A stretch of DNA of 64,000 nt, from the NCBI RefSeq assembly GCF_009914755.1, contig NC_060936.1; one strand, given 5' to 3'. Both the position numbers and the translations under genes were made by a program. How positions within the stretch are numbered: the first letter of the stretch is position 1; each line of letters starts with the position of its first letter. The notes beneath the pieces are model-generated. The model was given only the letters and a program-made list of their open reading frames with translations, did not search any database and had not been told where the DNA came from. Of this stretch, positions 1 to 13,300 are shown piece after piece. The stretch is from the human T2T-CHM13v2.0 reference genome, Homo sapiens.

Positions 1-297
1 TGCAGACTTTACAAAGACAGTGTCTCCAAACTCCTCCATCAAAAGAAAGGTTATACTCTGTGAATTGAACGCACACATCACAAAGTAGTTTCTGAGAATG
101 ATTCTGTCTAGTTTTTATACGAAGATATTTCCTTTTCTACATTTGGCCTAAAAGCGCTTGAAATCTCCACCTGCAAATATCACAAAAAGAGGGTTTCACA
201 TCTGCTCTGTCTAAAGGACAGTTCACCTCTGTGAGTTGAATAGAGGCAACACAAAGAACTTACTCAGTATTCTTCTTTCTAGCGTTCTATGAAGAAA

Positions 298-314
298 TCC
301 CGTTTCCAACGAAG
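298..314 (-). promoter_or_regulatory. CENP-B box 1 of the HOR (representative; recurs once per unit)
   Basis: TCCCGTTTCCAACGAAG is the reverse complement of CTTCGTTGGAAACGGGA, matching the canonical YTTCGTTGGAARCGGGA. Confidence 0.97.
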
Positions 315-637
315 GCCCCAAAGAGGTCCAAATATCTGCTTGCAGACTTTACAGACAGAGTGTTTCCAAACTACTCTATGAAAAGAAAGCTTAAACTCCT
401 TGAGTTGAACGCACACATCACACAGTAGTTTCTGAGAATGATTCTGTCTAGTTTTTATACGAAGATGTTTCCTTTTCTACATTTGGTCTCAAAGCGATTG
501 AAATCTCCAACTGGAAACTGCACAAATAGGGTGTTTCAAATCTGCTCTGTCTAAAGGAAGGTTCAACTCTGTGAGTTGAATACACACACCACAAATAAGT
601 TACTGAGAATTCTTCTGTCGAACATTACATGAAGAAA

Positions 638-654
638 TCCCGTTTCCAACGAAG
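638..654 (-). promoter_or_regulatory. CENP-B box 2 of the HOR (representative)
   Basis: Perfect 17-mer, 340 bp after box 1; the most often mutated box elsewhere in the window. Confidence 0.97.
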
Positions 655-808
655 GCCTCAAAGACGTCAAAATATCCACTTGCAGACATTACAAACAGAG
701 TGTTTCCAAACTGCTCCATCAAAAGAAAGGTTAAACTCTGTGAGCTGAACACACACATCAAAAAGAAGTTTCTGTGAATGATTCTGTCTAGATTTTATAA
801 GAAGATGT

Positions 809-825
809 TTCCTTTTCTACCGTAG
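809..825. promoter_or_regulatory. pJ-alpha-like A-box at the homologous position of the alternate (A-type) monomers (representative)
   Basis: TTCCTTTTCTACCGTAG lies ~170 bp from the flanking CENP-B boxes and resembles the pJ-alpha motif of A-type monomers. The other three A monomers carry TTCCTTTTCTAC(A/C)TTTG. Binding is not shown by sequence. Confidence 0.65.
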
Positions 826-976
826 GCCTCAAAGCGCTTGAAATCTCCAGCTGCAAATTCCACAAAAAGGGTGTTTAACATCTGCTCTTCTAAAGGAAAG
901 TTCAACTCTATGAGTTGAATATACACAGCACAAAGAAGTTACTGAGACTTCTCCTATCAAACATTATATGAAGAAA

Positions 977-993
977 TCCCGTTTCCAACGAAG
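977..993 (-). promoter_or_regulatory. CENP-B box 3 of the HOR (representative)
   Basis: Perfect 17-mer, 339 bp after box 2. Confidence 0.97.
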
Positions 994-1316
994 GCCTCAA
1001 AGAGGTCCAAATATCTGCTTGCAGACTTTACAGACAGAGTGTTTCCAAACTGCTCCATCAAAAGAAAGGTTAACCTCCTTGAGTTGAACACACACATCAC
1101 AAAGTAGTTTCTGTGAATGATTCTGTCTAGTTTTTATACGAAGATGTTTCCTTTTCTACCTTTGGTCTCAAAGCGATTGAAATCTCCACATGGAAACTCC
1201 ACAAAAAGAGTGTTTCAAATCTGCTCTTTCTGAAGGAAGGTTCATCTCTGTGAGTTGAATACACACACCACAAATAAGTTACTGAGAATTCTTCTGTGTA
1301 ACATTATATGAGGAAA

Positions 1317-1333
1317 TCCCGTTTCCAACGAAG
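1317..1333 (-). promoter_or_regulatory. CENP-B box 4 of the HOR (representative)
   Basis: Perfect 17-mer, 340 bp after box 3. Confidence 0.97.
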
Positions 1334-4300
1334 GCCTCAAAGAGGTCCAAATATCCACTTGCAGACTTTACAAAGACAGTGTCTCCAAACTCCTCCATCA
1401 AAAGAAAGGTTATACTCTGTGAATTGAACGCACACATCACAAAGTAGTTTCTGAGAATGATTCTGTCTAGTTTTTATACGAAGATATTTCCTTTTCTACA
1501 TTTGGCCTAAAAGCGCTTGAAATCTCCACCTGCAAATATCACAAAAAGAGGGTTTCACATCTGCTCTGTCTGAAGGACAGTTCACCTCTGTGAGTTGAAT
1601 AGAGGCAACACAAAGAACTTACTCAGTATTCTTCTTTCTAGCGTTCTATGAAGAAATCCCGTTTCCAACGAAGGCCTCAAAGAGGTCCAAATATCTGCTT
1701 GCAGACTTAACAGACAGAGTGTTTCCAAACTACTCTATGAAAAGAAAGCTTAAACTCCTTGAGTTGAACGCACACATCACAAAGTAGTTTCTGAGAACGA
1801 TTCTGTCTAGTTTTTATACGAAGATGTTTCCTTTTCTACATTTGGTCTCAAAGCGATTGAAATCTCCAACTGGAAACTGCACAAATAGGGTGTTTCAAAT
1901 CTGCTCTGTCTAAAGGAAGGTTCAACTCTGTGAGTTGAATACACACACCACAAATAAGTTACTGAGAATTCTTCTGTCGAACATTACTTGAAGAAATCCC
2001 GTTTCCAATGAAGGCCTCAAAGAGGTCCAAATAACCACTTGCAGACATTACAAACAGAGTGTTTCCAAACTGCTCCATCAAAAGAAAGGTTAAACTCTGT
2101 GAGCTGAACACACACATAAAAAAGAAGTTTCTGTGAATGATTCTGTCTAGATTTTATAAGAAGATGTTTCCTTTTCTACCGTAGGCCTCAAAGCGCTTGA
2201 AATCTCCAGCTGCAAATTCCACAAAAAGGGTGTTTAACATCTGCTCTTCTAAAGGAAAGTTCAACTCTATGAGTTGAATACACACAGCACAAAGAAGTTA
2301 CTGAGACTTCTTCTGTCTAACATTATATGAAGAAATCCCGTTTCCATCGAAGGCCTCAAAGAGGTCCAAATATCTGCTTGCAGACTTTACAGACAGAGTG
2401 TTTCCAAACTGCTCCATCAAAAGAAAGGTTAAACTCCTTGAGTTGAACACACACATCACAAAGTAGTTTCTGTGAATGATTCTGTCTAGTTTTTATACGA
2501 AGATGTTTCCTTTTCTACCTTTGGTCTCAAAGCGATTGAAATCTCCACATGGAAACTCCACAAAAAGAGTGTTTCAAATCTGCTCTTTCTGAAGGAAGGT
2601 TCATCTCTGTGAGTTGAATACACACACCACAAATAAGTTACTGAGAATTCTTCTGTGTAACATTATATGAGGAAATCCCGTTTCCAACGAAGGCCTCAAA
2701 GAGATCCAAATATCCACTTGCAGACTTTACAAAGACAGTGTCTCCAAACTCCTCCATCAAAAGAAAGGTTATACTCTGTGAATTGAACGCACACATCACA
2801 AAGTAGTTTCTGAGAATGATTCTGTCTAGTTTTTATACGAAGATATTTCCTTTTCTACATTTGGCCTAAAAGCGCTTGAAATCTCCACCTGCAAATATCA
2901 CAAAAAGAGGGTTTCACATCTGCTCTGTCTAAAGGACAGTTCACCTCTGTGAGTTGAATAGAGGCAACACAAAGAACTTACTCAGTATTCTTCTTTCTAG
3001 CGTTCTATGAAGAAATCCCGTTTCCAACGAAGGCCCCAAAGAGGTCCAAATATCTGCTTGCAGACTTTACAGACAGAGTGTTTCCAAACTACTCTATGAA
3101 AAGAAAGCTTAAACTCCTTGAGTTGAACGCACACATCACAAAGTAGTTTCTGAGAATGATTCTGTCTAGTTTTTATACGAAGATGTTTCCTTTTCTACAT
3201 TTGGTCTCAAAGCGATTGAAATCTCCAACTGGAAACTGCACAAATAGGGTGTTTCAAATCTGCTCTGTCTAAAGGAAGGTTCAACTCTGTGAGTTGAATA
3301 CACACACCACAAATAAGTTACTGAGAATTCTTCTGTCGAACATTACATGAAGAAATCCCGTTTCCAACGAAGGCCTCAAAGACGTCAAAATATCCACTTG
3401 CAGACATTACAAACAGAGTGTTTCCAAACTGCTCCATCAAAAGAAAGGTTAAACTCTGTGAGCTGAACACACACATCAAAAAGAAGTTTCTGTGAATGAT
3501 TCTGTCTAGATTTTATAAGAAGATGTTTCCTTTTCTACCGTAGGCCTCAAAGCGCTTGAAATCTCCAGCTGCAAATTCCACAAAAAGGGTGTTTAACATC
3601 TGCTCTTCTAAAGGAAAGTTCAACTCTATGAGTTGAATATACACAGCACAAAGAAGTTACTGAGACTTCTCCTATCAAACATTATATGAAGAAATCCCGT
3701 TTCCAACGAAGGCCTCAAAGAGGTCCAAATATCTGCTTGCAGACTTTACAGACAGAGTGTTTCCAAACTGCTCCATCAAAAGAAAGGTTAAACTCCTTGA
3801 GTTGAACACACACATCACAAAGTAGTTTCTGTGAATGATTCTGTCTAGTTTTTATACGAAGATGTTTCCTTTTCTACCTTTGGTCTCAAAGCGATTGAAA
3901 TCTCCACATGGAAACTCCACAAAAAGAGTGTTTCAAATCTGCTCTTTCTGAAGGAAGGTTCATCTCTGTGAGTTGAATACACACACCACAAATAAGTTAC
4001 TGAGAATTCTTCTGTGTAACATTATATGAGGAAATCCCGTTTCCAACGAAGGCCTCAAAGAGGTCCAAATATCCACTTGCAGACTTTACAAAGACAGTGT
4101 CTCCAAACTCCTCCATCAAAAGAAAGGTTATACCCTGTGAATTGAACGCACACATCAGAAAGTAGTTTCTGAGAATGATTCTGTCTGGTTTTTATACGAA
4201 GATATTTCCTTTTCTACATTTGGCCTAAAAGCGCTTGAAATCTCCACCTGCAAATATCACAAAAAGAGGGTTTCACATCTGCTCTGTCTAAAGGACAGTT

Positions 4301-7300
4301 CACCTCTGTGAGTTGAATAGAGGCAACACAAAGAACTTACTCAGTATTCTTCTTTCTAGCGTTCTATGAAGAAATCCCGTTTCCAACGAAGGCCCCAAAG
4401 AGGTCCAAATATCTGCTTGCAGACTTTACAGACAGAGTGTTTCCAAACTACTCTATGAAAAGAAAGCTTAAACTCCTTGAGTTGAACGCACACATCACAA
4501 AGTAGTTTCTGAGAATGATTCTGTCTAGTTTTTATACGAAGATGTTTCCTTTTCTACATTTGGTCTCAAAGCGATTGAAATCTCCAACTGGAAACTGCAC
4601 AAATAGGGTGTTTCAAATCTGCTCTGTCTAAAGGAAGGTTCAACTCTGTGAGTTGAATACACACACCACAAATAAGTTACTGAGAATTCTTCTGTCGAAC
4701 ATTACTTGAAGAAATCCCGTTTCCAATGAAGGCCTAAAAGAGGTCCAAATAACCACTTGCAGACATTACAAACAGAGTGTTTCCAACCTGCTCCATCAAA
4801 AGAAAGGTTAAACTCTGTGAGCTGAACACACACATCAAAAAGAAGTTTCTGTGAATGATTCTGTCTAGATTTTATAAGAAGATGTCTCCTTTTCTACCGT
4901 AGGCCTCAAAGCGCTTGAAATCTCCAGCTGCAAATTCCACAAAAAGGGTGTTTAACATCTGCTCTTCTAAAGGAAAGTTCAACTCTATGAGTTGAATACA
5001 CACAGCACAAAGAAGTTACTGAGACTTCTTCTGTCTAACATTATATGAAGAAATCCCGTTTCCAACGAAGGCCTCAAAGAGGTCCAAATATCTGCTTGCA
5101 GACTTTACAGACAGAGTGTTTCCAAACTGCTCCATCAAAAGAAAGGTTAAACTCCTTGAGTTGAACACACACATCACAAAGTAGTTTCTGTGAATGATTC
5201 TGTCTAGTTTTTATACGAAGATGTTTCCTTTTCTACCTTTGGTCTCAAAGCGATTGAAATCTCCACATGGAAACTCCACAAAAAGAGTGTTTCAAATCTG
5301 CTCTTTCTGAAGGAAGGTTCATCTCTGTGAGTTGAATACACACACCACAAATAAGTTACTGAGAATTCTTCTGTGTAACATTATATGAGGAAATCCCGTT
5401 TCCAACGAAGGCCTCAAAGAGATCCAAATATCCACTTGCAGACTTTACAAAGACAGTGTCTCCAAACTCCTCCATCAACAGAAAGGTTATACTCTGAATT
5501 GAACGCACACATCACAAAGTAGTTTCTGAGAATGATTCTGTCTAGTTTTTATACGAAGATATTTCCTTTTCTACATTTGGCCTAAAAGCGCTTGAAATCT
5601 CCACCTGCAAATATCACAAAAACAGGGTTTCACATCTGCTCTGTCTAAAGGACAGTTCACCTCTGTGAGTTGAATAGAGGCAACACAAAGAACTTACTCA
5701 GTATTCTTCTTTCTAGCGTTCTATGAAGAAATCCCGTTTCCAACGAAGGCCCCAAAGAGGTCCAAATATCTGCTTGCAGACTTTACAGACAGAGTGTTTC
5801 CAAACTACTCTATGAAAAGAAAGCTTAAACTCCTTGAGTTGAACGCACACATCACAAAGTAGTTTCTGAGAATGATTCTGTCTAGTTTTTATACGAAGAT
5901 GTTTCCTTTTCTACATTTGGTCTCAAAGCGATTGAAATCTCCAACTGGAAACTGCACAAATAGGGTGTTTCAAATCTGCTCTGTCTAAAGGAAGGTTCAA
6001 CTCTGTGAGTTGAATACACACACCACAAATAAGTTACTGAGAATTCTTCTGTCGAACATTACATGAAGAAATCCCGTTTCCAACGAAGGCCTCAAAGACG
6101 TCAAAATATCCACTTGCAGACATTACAAACAGAGTGTTTCCAAACTGCTCCATCAAAAGAAAGGTTAAACTCTGTGAGCTGAACACACACATCAAAAAGA
6201 AGTTTCTGTGAATGATTCTGTCTAGATTTTATAAGAAGATGTTTCCTTTTCTACCGTAGGCCTCAAAGCGCTTGAAATCTCCAGCTGCAAATTCCACAAA
6301 AAGGGTGTTTAACATCTGCTCTTCTAAAGGAAAGTTCAACTCTATGAGTTGAATATACACAGCACAAAGAAGTTACTGAGACTTCTCCTATCAAACATTA
6401 TATGAAGAAATCCCGTTTCCAACGAAGGCCTCAAAGAGGTCCAAATATCTGCTTGCAGACTTTACAGACAGAGTGTTTCCAAACTGCTCCATCAAAAGAA
6501 AGGTTAACCTCCTTGAGTTGAACACACACATCACAAAGTAGTTTCTGTGAATGATTCTGTCTAGTTTTTATACGAAGATGTTTCCTTTTCTACCTTTGGT
6601 CTCAAAGCGATTGAAATCTCCACATGGAAACTCCACAAAAAGAGTGTTTCAAATCTGCTCTTTCTGAAGGAAGGTTCATCTCTGTGAGTTGAATACACAC
6701 ACCACAAATAAGTTACTGAGAATTCTTCTGTGTAACATTATATGAGGAAATCCCGTTTCCAACGAAGGCCTCAAAGAGGTCCAAATATCCACTTGCAGAC
6801 TTTACAAAGACAGTGTCTCCAAACTCCTCCATCAAAAGAAAGGTTATACTCTGTGAATTGAACGCACACATCACAAAGTAGTTTCTGAGAATGATTCTGT
6901 CTAGTTTTTATACGAAGATATTTCCTTTTCTACATTTGGCCTAAAAGCGCTTGAAATCTCCACCTGCAAATATCACAAAAAGAGGGTTTCACATCTGCTC
7001 TGTCTGAAGGACAGTTCACCTCTGTGAGTTGAATAGAGGCAACACAAAGAACTTACTCAGTATTCTTCTTTCTAGCGTTCTATGAAGAAATCCCGTTTCC
7101 AACGAAGGCCTCAAAGAGGTCCAAATATCTGCTTGCAGACTTAACAGACAGAGTGTTTCCAAACTACTCTATGAAAAGAAAGCTTAAACTCCTTGAGTTG
7201 AACGCACACATCACAAAGTAGTTTCTGAGAACGATTCTGTCTAGTTTTTATACGAAGATGTTTCCTTTTCTACATTTGGTCTCAAAGCGATTGAAATCTC

Positions 7301-10300
7301 CAACTGGAAACTGCACAAATAGGGTGTTTCAAATCTGCTCTGTCTAAAGGAAGGTTCAACTCTGTGAGTTGAATACACACACCACAAATAAGTTACTGAG
7401 AATTCTTCTGTCGAACATTACTTGAAGAAATCCCGTTTCCAATGAAGGCCTCAAAGAGGTCCAAATAACCACTTGCAGACATTACAAACAGAGTGTTTCC
7501 AAACTGCTCCATCAAAAGAAAGGTTAAACTCTGTGAGCTGAACACACACATAAAAAAGAAGTTTCTGTGAATGATTCTGTCTAGATTTTATAAGAAGATG
7601 TTTCCTTTTCTACCGTAGGCCTCAAAGCGCTTGAAATCTCCAGCTGCAAATTCCACAAAAAGGGTGTTTAACATCTGCTCTTCTAAAGGAAAGTTCAACT
7701 CTATGAGTTGAATACACACAGCACAAAGAAGTTACTGAGACTTCTTCTGTCTAACATTATATGAAGAAATCCCGTTTCCATCGAAGGCCTCAAAGAGGTC
7801 CAAATATCTGCTTGCAGACTTTACAGACAGAGTGTTTCCAAACTGCTCCATCAAAAGAAAGGTTAAACTCCTTGAGTTGAACACACACATCACAAAGTAG
7901 TTTCTGTGAATGATTCTGTCTAGTTTTTATACGAAGATGTTTCCTTTTCTACCTTTGGTCTCAAAGCGATTGAAATCTCCACATGGAAACTCCACAAAAA
8001 GAGTGTTTCAAATCTGCTCTTTCTGAAGGAAGGTTCATCTCTGTGAGTTGAATACACACACCACAAATAAGTTACTGAGAATTCTTCTGTGTAACATTAT
8101 ATGAGGAAATCCCGTTTCCAACGAAGGCCTCAAAGAGATCCAAATATCCACTTGCAGACTTTACAAAGACAGTGTCTCCAAACTCCTCCATCAAAAGAAA
8201 GGTTATACTCTGTGAATTGAACGCACACATCACAAAGTAGTTTCTGAGAATGATTCTGTCTAGTTTTTATACGAAGATATTTCCTTTTCTACATTTGGCC
8301 TAAAAGCGCTTGAAATCTCCACCTGCAAATATCACAAAAAGAGGGTTTCACATCTGCTCTGTCTAAAGGACAGTTCACCTCTGTGAGTTGAATAGAGGCA
8401 ACACAAAGAACTTACTCAGTATTCTTCTTTCTAGCGTTCTATGAAGAAATCCCGTTTCCAACGAAGGCCCCAAAGAGGTCCAAATATCTGCTTGCAGACT
8501 TTACAGACAGAGTGTTTCCAAACTACTCTATGAAAAGAAAGCTTAAACTCCTTGAGTTGAACGCACACATCACAAAGTAGTTTCTGAGAATGATTCTGTC
8601 TAGTTTTTATACGAAGATGTTTCCTTTTCTACATTTGGTCTCAAAGCGATTGAAATCTCCAACTGGAAACTGCACAAATAGGGTGTTTCAAATCTGCTCT
8701 GTCTAAAGGAAGGTTCAACTCTGTGAGTTGAATACACACACCACAAATAAGTTACTGAGAATTCTTCTGTCGAACATTACATGAAGAAATCCCGTTTCCA
8801 ACGAAGGCCTCAAAGACGTCAAAATATCCACTTGCAGACATTACAAACAGAGTGTTTCCAAACTGCTCCATCAAAAGAAAGGTTAAACTCTGTGAGCTGA
8901 ACACACACATCAAAAAGAAGTTTCTGTGAATGATTCTGTCTAGATTTTATAAGAAGATGTTTCCTTTTCTACCGTAGGCCTCAAAGCGCTTGAAATCTCC
9001 AGCTGCAAATTCCACAAAAAGGGTGTTTAACATCTGCTCTTCTAAAGGAAAGTTCAACTCTATGAGTTGAATATACACAGCACAAAGAAGTTACTGAGAC
9101 TTCTCCTATCAAACATTATATGAAGAAATCCCGTTTCCAACGAAGGCCTCAAAGAGGTCCAAATATCTGCTTGCAGACTTTACAGACAGAGTGTTTCCAA
9201 ACTGCTCCATCAAAAGAAAGGTTAAACTCCTTGAGTTGAACACACACATCACAAAGTAGTTTCTGTGAATGATTCTGTCTAGTTTTTATACGAAGATGTT
9301 TCCTTTTCTACCTTTGGTCTCAAAGCGATTGAAATCTCCACATGGAAACTCCACAAAAAGAGTGTTTCAAATCTGCTCTTTCTGAAGGAAGGTTCATCTC
9401 TGTGAGTTGAATACACACACCACAAATAAGTTACTGAGAATTCTTCTGTGTAACATTATATGAGGAAATCCCGTTTCCAACGAAGGCCTCAAAGAGGTCC
9501 AAATATCCACTTGCAGACTTTACAAAGACAGTGTCTCCAAACTCCTCCATCAAAAGAAAGGTTATACCCTGTGAATTGAACGCACACATCAGAAAGTAGT
9601 TTCTGAGAATGATTCTGTCTGGTTTTTATACGAAGATATTTCCTTTTCTACATTTGGCCTAAAAGCGCTTGAAATCTCCACCTGCAAATATCACAAAAAG
9701 AGGGTTTCACATCTGCTCTGTCTAAAGGACAGTTCACCTCTGTGAGTTGAATAGAGGCAACACAAAGAACTTACTCAGTATTCTTCTTTCTAGCGTTCTA
9801 TGAAGAAATCCCGTTTCCAACGAAGGCCCCAAAGAGGTCCAAATATCTGCTTGCAGACTTTACAGACAGAGTGTTTCCAAACTACTCTATGAAAAGAAAG
9901 CTTAAACTCCTTGAGTTGAACGCACACATCACAAAGTAGTTTCTGAGAATGATTCTGTCTAGTTTTTATACGAAGATGTTTCCTTTTCTACATTTGGTCT
10001 CAAAGCGATTGAAATCTCCAACTGGAAACTGCACAAATAGGGTGTTTCAAATCTGCTCTGTCTAAAGGAAGGTTCAACTCTGTGAGTTGAATACACACAC
10101 CACAAATAAGTTACTGAGAATTCTTCTGTCGAACATTACTTGAAGAAATCCCGTTTCCAATGAAGGCCTAAAAGAGGTCCAAATAACCACTTGCAGACAT
10201 TACAAACAGAGTGTTTCCAACCTGCTCCATCAAAAGAAAGGTTAAACTCTGTGAGCTGAACACACACATCAAAAAGAAGTTTCTGTGAATGATTCTGTCT

Positions 10301-13300
10301 AGATTTTATAAGAAGATGTCTCCTTTTCTACCGTAGGCCTCAAAGCGCTTGAAATCTCCAGCTGCAAATTCCACAAAAAGGGTGTTTAACATCTGCTCTT
10401 CTAAAGGAAAGTTCAACTCTATGAGTTGAATACACACAGCACAAAGAAGTTACTGAGACTTCTTCTGTCTAACATTATATGAAGAAATCCCGTTTCCAAC
10501 GAAGGCCTCAAAGAGGTCCAAATATCTGCTTGCAGACTTTACAGACAGAGTGTTTCCAAACTGCTCCATCAAAAGAAAGGTTAAACTCCTTGAGTTGAAC
10601 ACACACATCACAAAGTAGTTTCTGTGAATGATTCTGTCTAGTTTTTATACGAAGATGTTTCCTTTTCTACCTTTGGTCTCAAAGCGATTGAAATCTCCAC
10701 ATGGAAACTCCACAAAAAGAGTGTTTCAAATCTGCTCTTTCTGAAGGAAGGTTCATCTCTGTGAGTTGAATACACACACCACAAATAAGTTACTGAGAAT
10801 TCTTCTGTGTAACATTATATGAGGAAATCCCGTTTCCAACGAAGGCCTCAAAGAGATCCAAATATCCACTTGCAGACTTTACAAAGACAGTGTCTCCAAA
10901 CTCCTCCATCAACAGAAAGGTTATACTCTGAATTGAACGCACACATCACAAAGTAGTTTCTGAGAATGATTCTGTCTAGTTTTTATACGAAGATATTTCC
11001 TTTTCTACATTTGGCCTAAAAGCGCTTGAAATCTCCACCTGCAAATATCACAAAAACAGGGTTTCACATCTGCTCTGTCTAAAGGACAGTTCACCTCTGT
11101 GAGTTGAATAGAGGCAACACAAAGAACTTACTCAGTATTCTTCTTTCTAGCGTTCTATGAAGAAATCCCGTTTCCAACGAAGGCCCCAAAGAGGTCCAAA
11201 TATCTGCTTGCAGACTTTACAGACAGAGTGTTTCCAAACTACTCTATGAAAAGAAAGCTTAAACTCCTTGAGTTGAACGCACACATCACAAAGTAGTTTC
11301 TGAGAATGATTCTGTCTAGTTTTTATACGAAGATGTTTCCTTTTCTACATTTGGTCTCAAAGCGATTGAAATCTCCAACTGGAAACTGCACAAATAGGGT
11401 GTTTTAAATCTGCTCTGTCTAAAGGAAGGTTCAACTCTGTGAGGTGAATACACACACCACAAATAAGTTACTGAGAATTCTTCTGTCGAACATTACTTGA
11501 AGAAATCCCGTTTCCAACGAAGGCCTCAAAGAGGTCCAAATATCTACTTGCAGACATTACAAACAGAGTGTTTCCAGACTGCTCCATCAAAAGAAAGGTT
11601 AAACTCTGTGAGCTGAACACACACATCAAAAAGAAGTTTCTGTGAATGATTCTGTCTAGATTTTATAAGAAGATGTTTCCTTTTCTACCGTAGGCCTCAA
11701 AGCGCTTGAAATCTCCAGCTGCAAATTCCACAAAAAGGGTGTTTAACATCTGCTCTTCTAAAGGAAAGTTCAACCCTATGAGTTGAATACACACAGCACA
11801 AAGACGTTACTGAGACTTCTCCTATCAAACATTATATGAAGAAATCCCGTTTCCAACGAAGGCCTCAAAGAGGTCCAAATATCTGCTTGCAGACTTTACA
11901 GACAGAGTGTTTCCAAACTGCTCCACCAAAAGAAAGGTTAAACTCCTTGAGTTGAACACACACATCACAAAGTAGTTTCTGTGTATGATTCTGTCTAGTT
12001 TTTATACGAAGATGTTTCCTTTTCTACCTTTGGTCTCAATGCGATTGAAATCTCCACATGGAAACTCCACAAAAAGAGTGTTTCAAATCTGCTCTTTCTG
12101 AAGGAAGGTTCAACTCTGTGAGTTGAATACACACACCACAAATAAGTTACTGAGAATTCTTCTGTGTAACATTATATGAGGAAATCCCGTTTCCAACGAA
12201 GGCCTCAAAGAGATCCAAATATCCACTTGCAGACTTTACAAAGACAGTGTCTCCAAACTCCTCCATCAAAAGAAAGGTTATACTCTGTGAATTGAACGCA
12301 CACATCACAAAGTAGTTTCTGAGAATGATTCTGTCTAGTTTTTATACGAAGATATTTCCTTTTCTACATTTGGCCTAAAAGCGCTTGAAATCTCCACCTG
12401 CAAATATCACAAAAAGAGGGTTTCACATCTGCTCTGTCTAAAGGACAGTTCACCTCTGTGAGTTGAATAGAGGCAACACAAAGAACTTACTCAGTATTCT
12501 TCTTTCTAGCGTTCTATGAAGAAATCCCGTTTCCAACGAAGGCCCCAAAGAGGTCCAAATATCTGCTTGCAGACTTTGCAGACAGAGTGTTTCCAAACTA
12601 CTCGATGAACAGAAAGCTTAAACTCCTTGAGTTGAACGCACACATCACAAAGTAGTTTCTGAGAATGATTCTGTCTAGTTTTTATACGAAGATGTTTCCT
12701 TTTCTACATTTGGTCTCAAAGCGATTGAAATCTCCAACTGGAAACTGCACAAATAGGGTGTTTCAAATCTGCTCTGTCTAAAGGAAGGTTCAACTCTGTG
12801 AGTTGAATACACACACCACAAATAAGTTACTGAGAATTCTTCTGTCGAACATTACTTGAAGAAATCCCGTTTCCAACAAAGACCTCAAAGAGGTCCAAAT
12901 ATCCACTTGCAGACATTACAAACAGAGTGTTTCCAAACTTCTCCATCAAAGGAAAGGTTAAACTCTGTGAGCTGAACACACACATCAAAAAGAAGTTTCT
13001 GTGAATGATTCTGTCTAGATTTTATAAGAAGATGTTTCCTTTTCTACCGTAGGCCTCAAAGCGCTTGAAATCTCCAGCTGCAAATTCCACAAAAAGGGTG
13101 TTTAACATCTGCTCTTCTAAAGGAAAGTTCAACCCTATGAGTTGAATACACACAGCACAAAGAAGTTACTGAGACTTCTCCTATCAAACATTATATGAAG
13201 AAATCCCGTTTCCATCGAAGGCCTCAAAGAGGTCCAAATATCTGCTTGCAGACTTTACAGACAGAGTGTTTCCAAACTGCTCCATCAAAAGAAAGGTTAA

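Larger units (their letters stand above)
1..1359 (-). repeat. Representative canonical 8-mer HOR unit (U1): dimer1 1-340, dimer2 341-680, dimer3 681-1019, dimer4 1020-1359
   Basis: TGCAGAC anchors at 1, 341, 681, 1020 and 1360. Dimer-specific marks: D1 GACAGTGTCTCC and TAGAGGCAAC; D2 CTACTCTATG, AAGCTT, GTCGAAC; D3 GACATTAC, GAGCTGAAC, CAGCTG and a 1-bp shorter CTGCTCTTCT; D4 CACATGG, CTTTCTGAAGG, GTGTAAC. Confidence 0.97.
424..11404. repeat. Tandem duplication of a 4-HOR block, period 5,434 bp
   Basis: The same rare variants recur at +5,434: GACTTAAC 1709/7143, CCAATG 2009/7443, CCATCG 2347/7781, ATACCCT 4133/9567, GATGTCTCC 4886/10320, and a 2-bp deletion ACTCTGAATT near 5496/10930. Confidence 0.92.

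Noticed and set aside
2336-2352. CCATCGAAG box variant (also U6, U10, U21, U25) and ACCCCG at 53282 as CENP-B box losses
   Set aside because: The changes fall at non-essential N positions of the 9-bp core, so they were not counted as inactivating.
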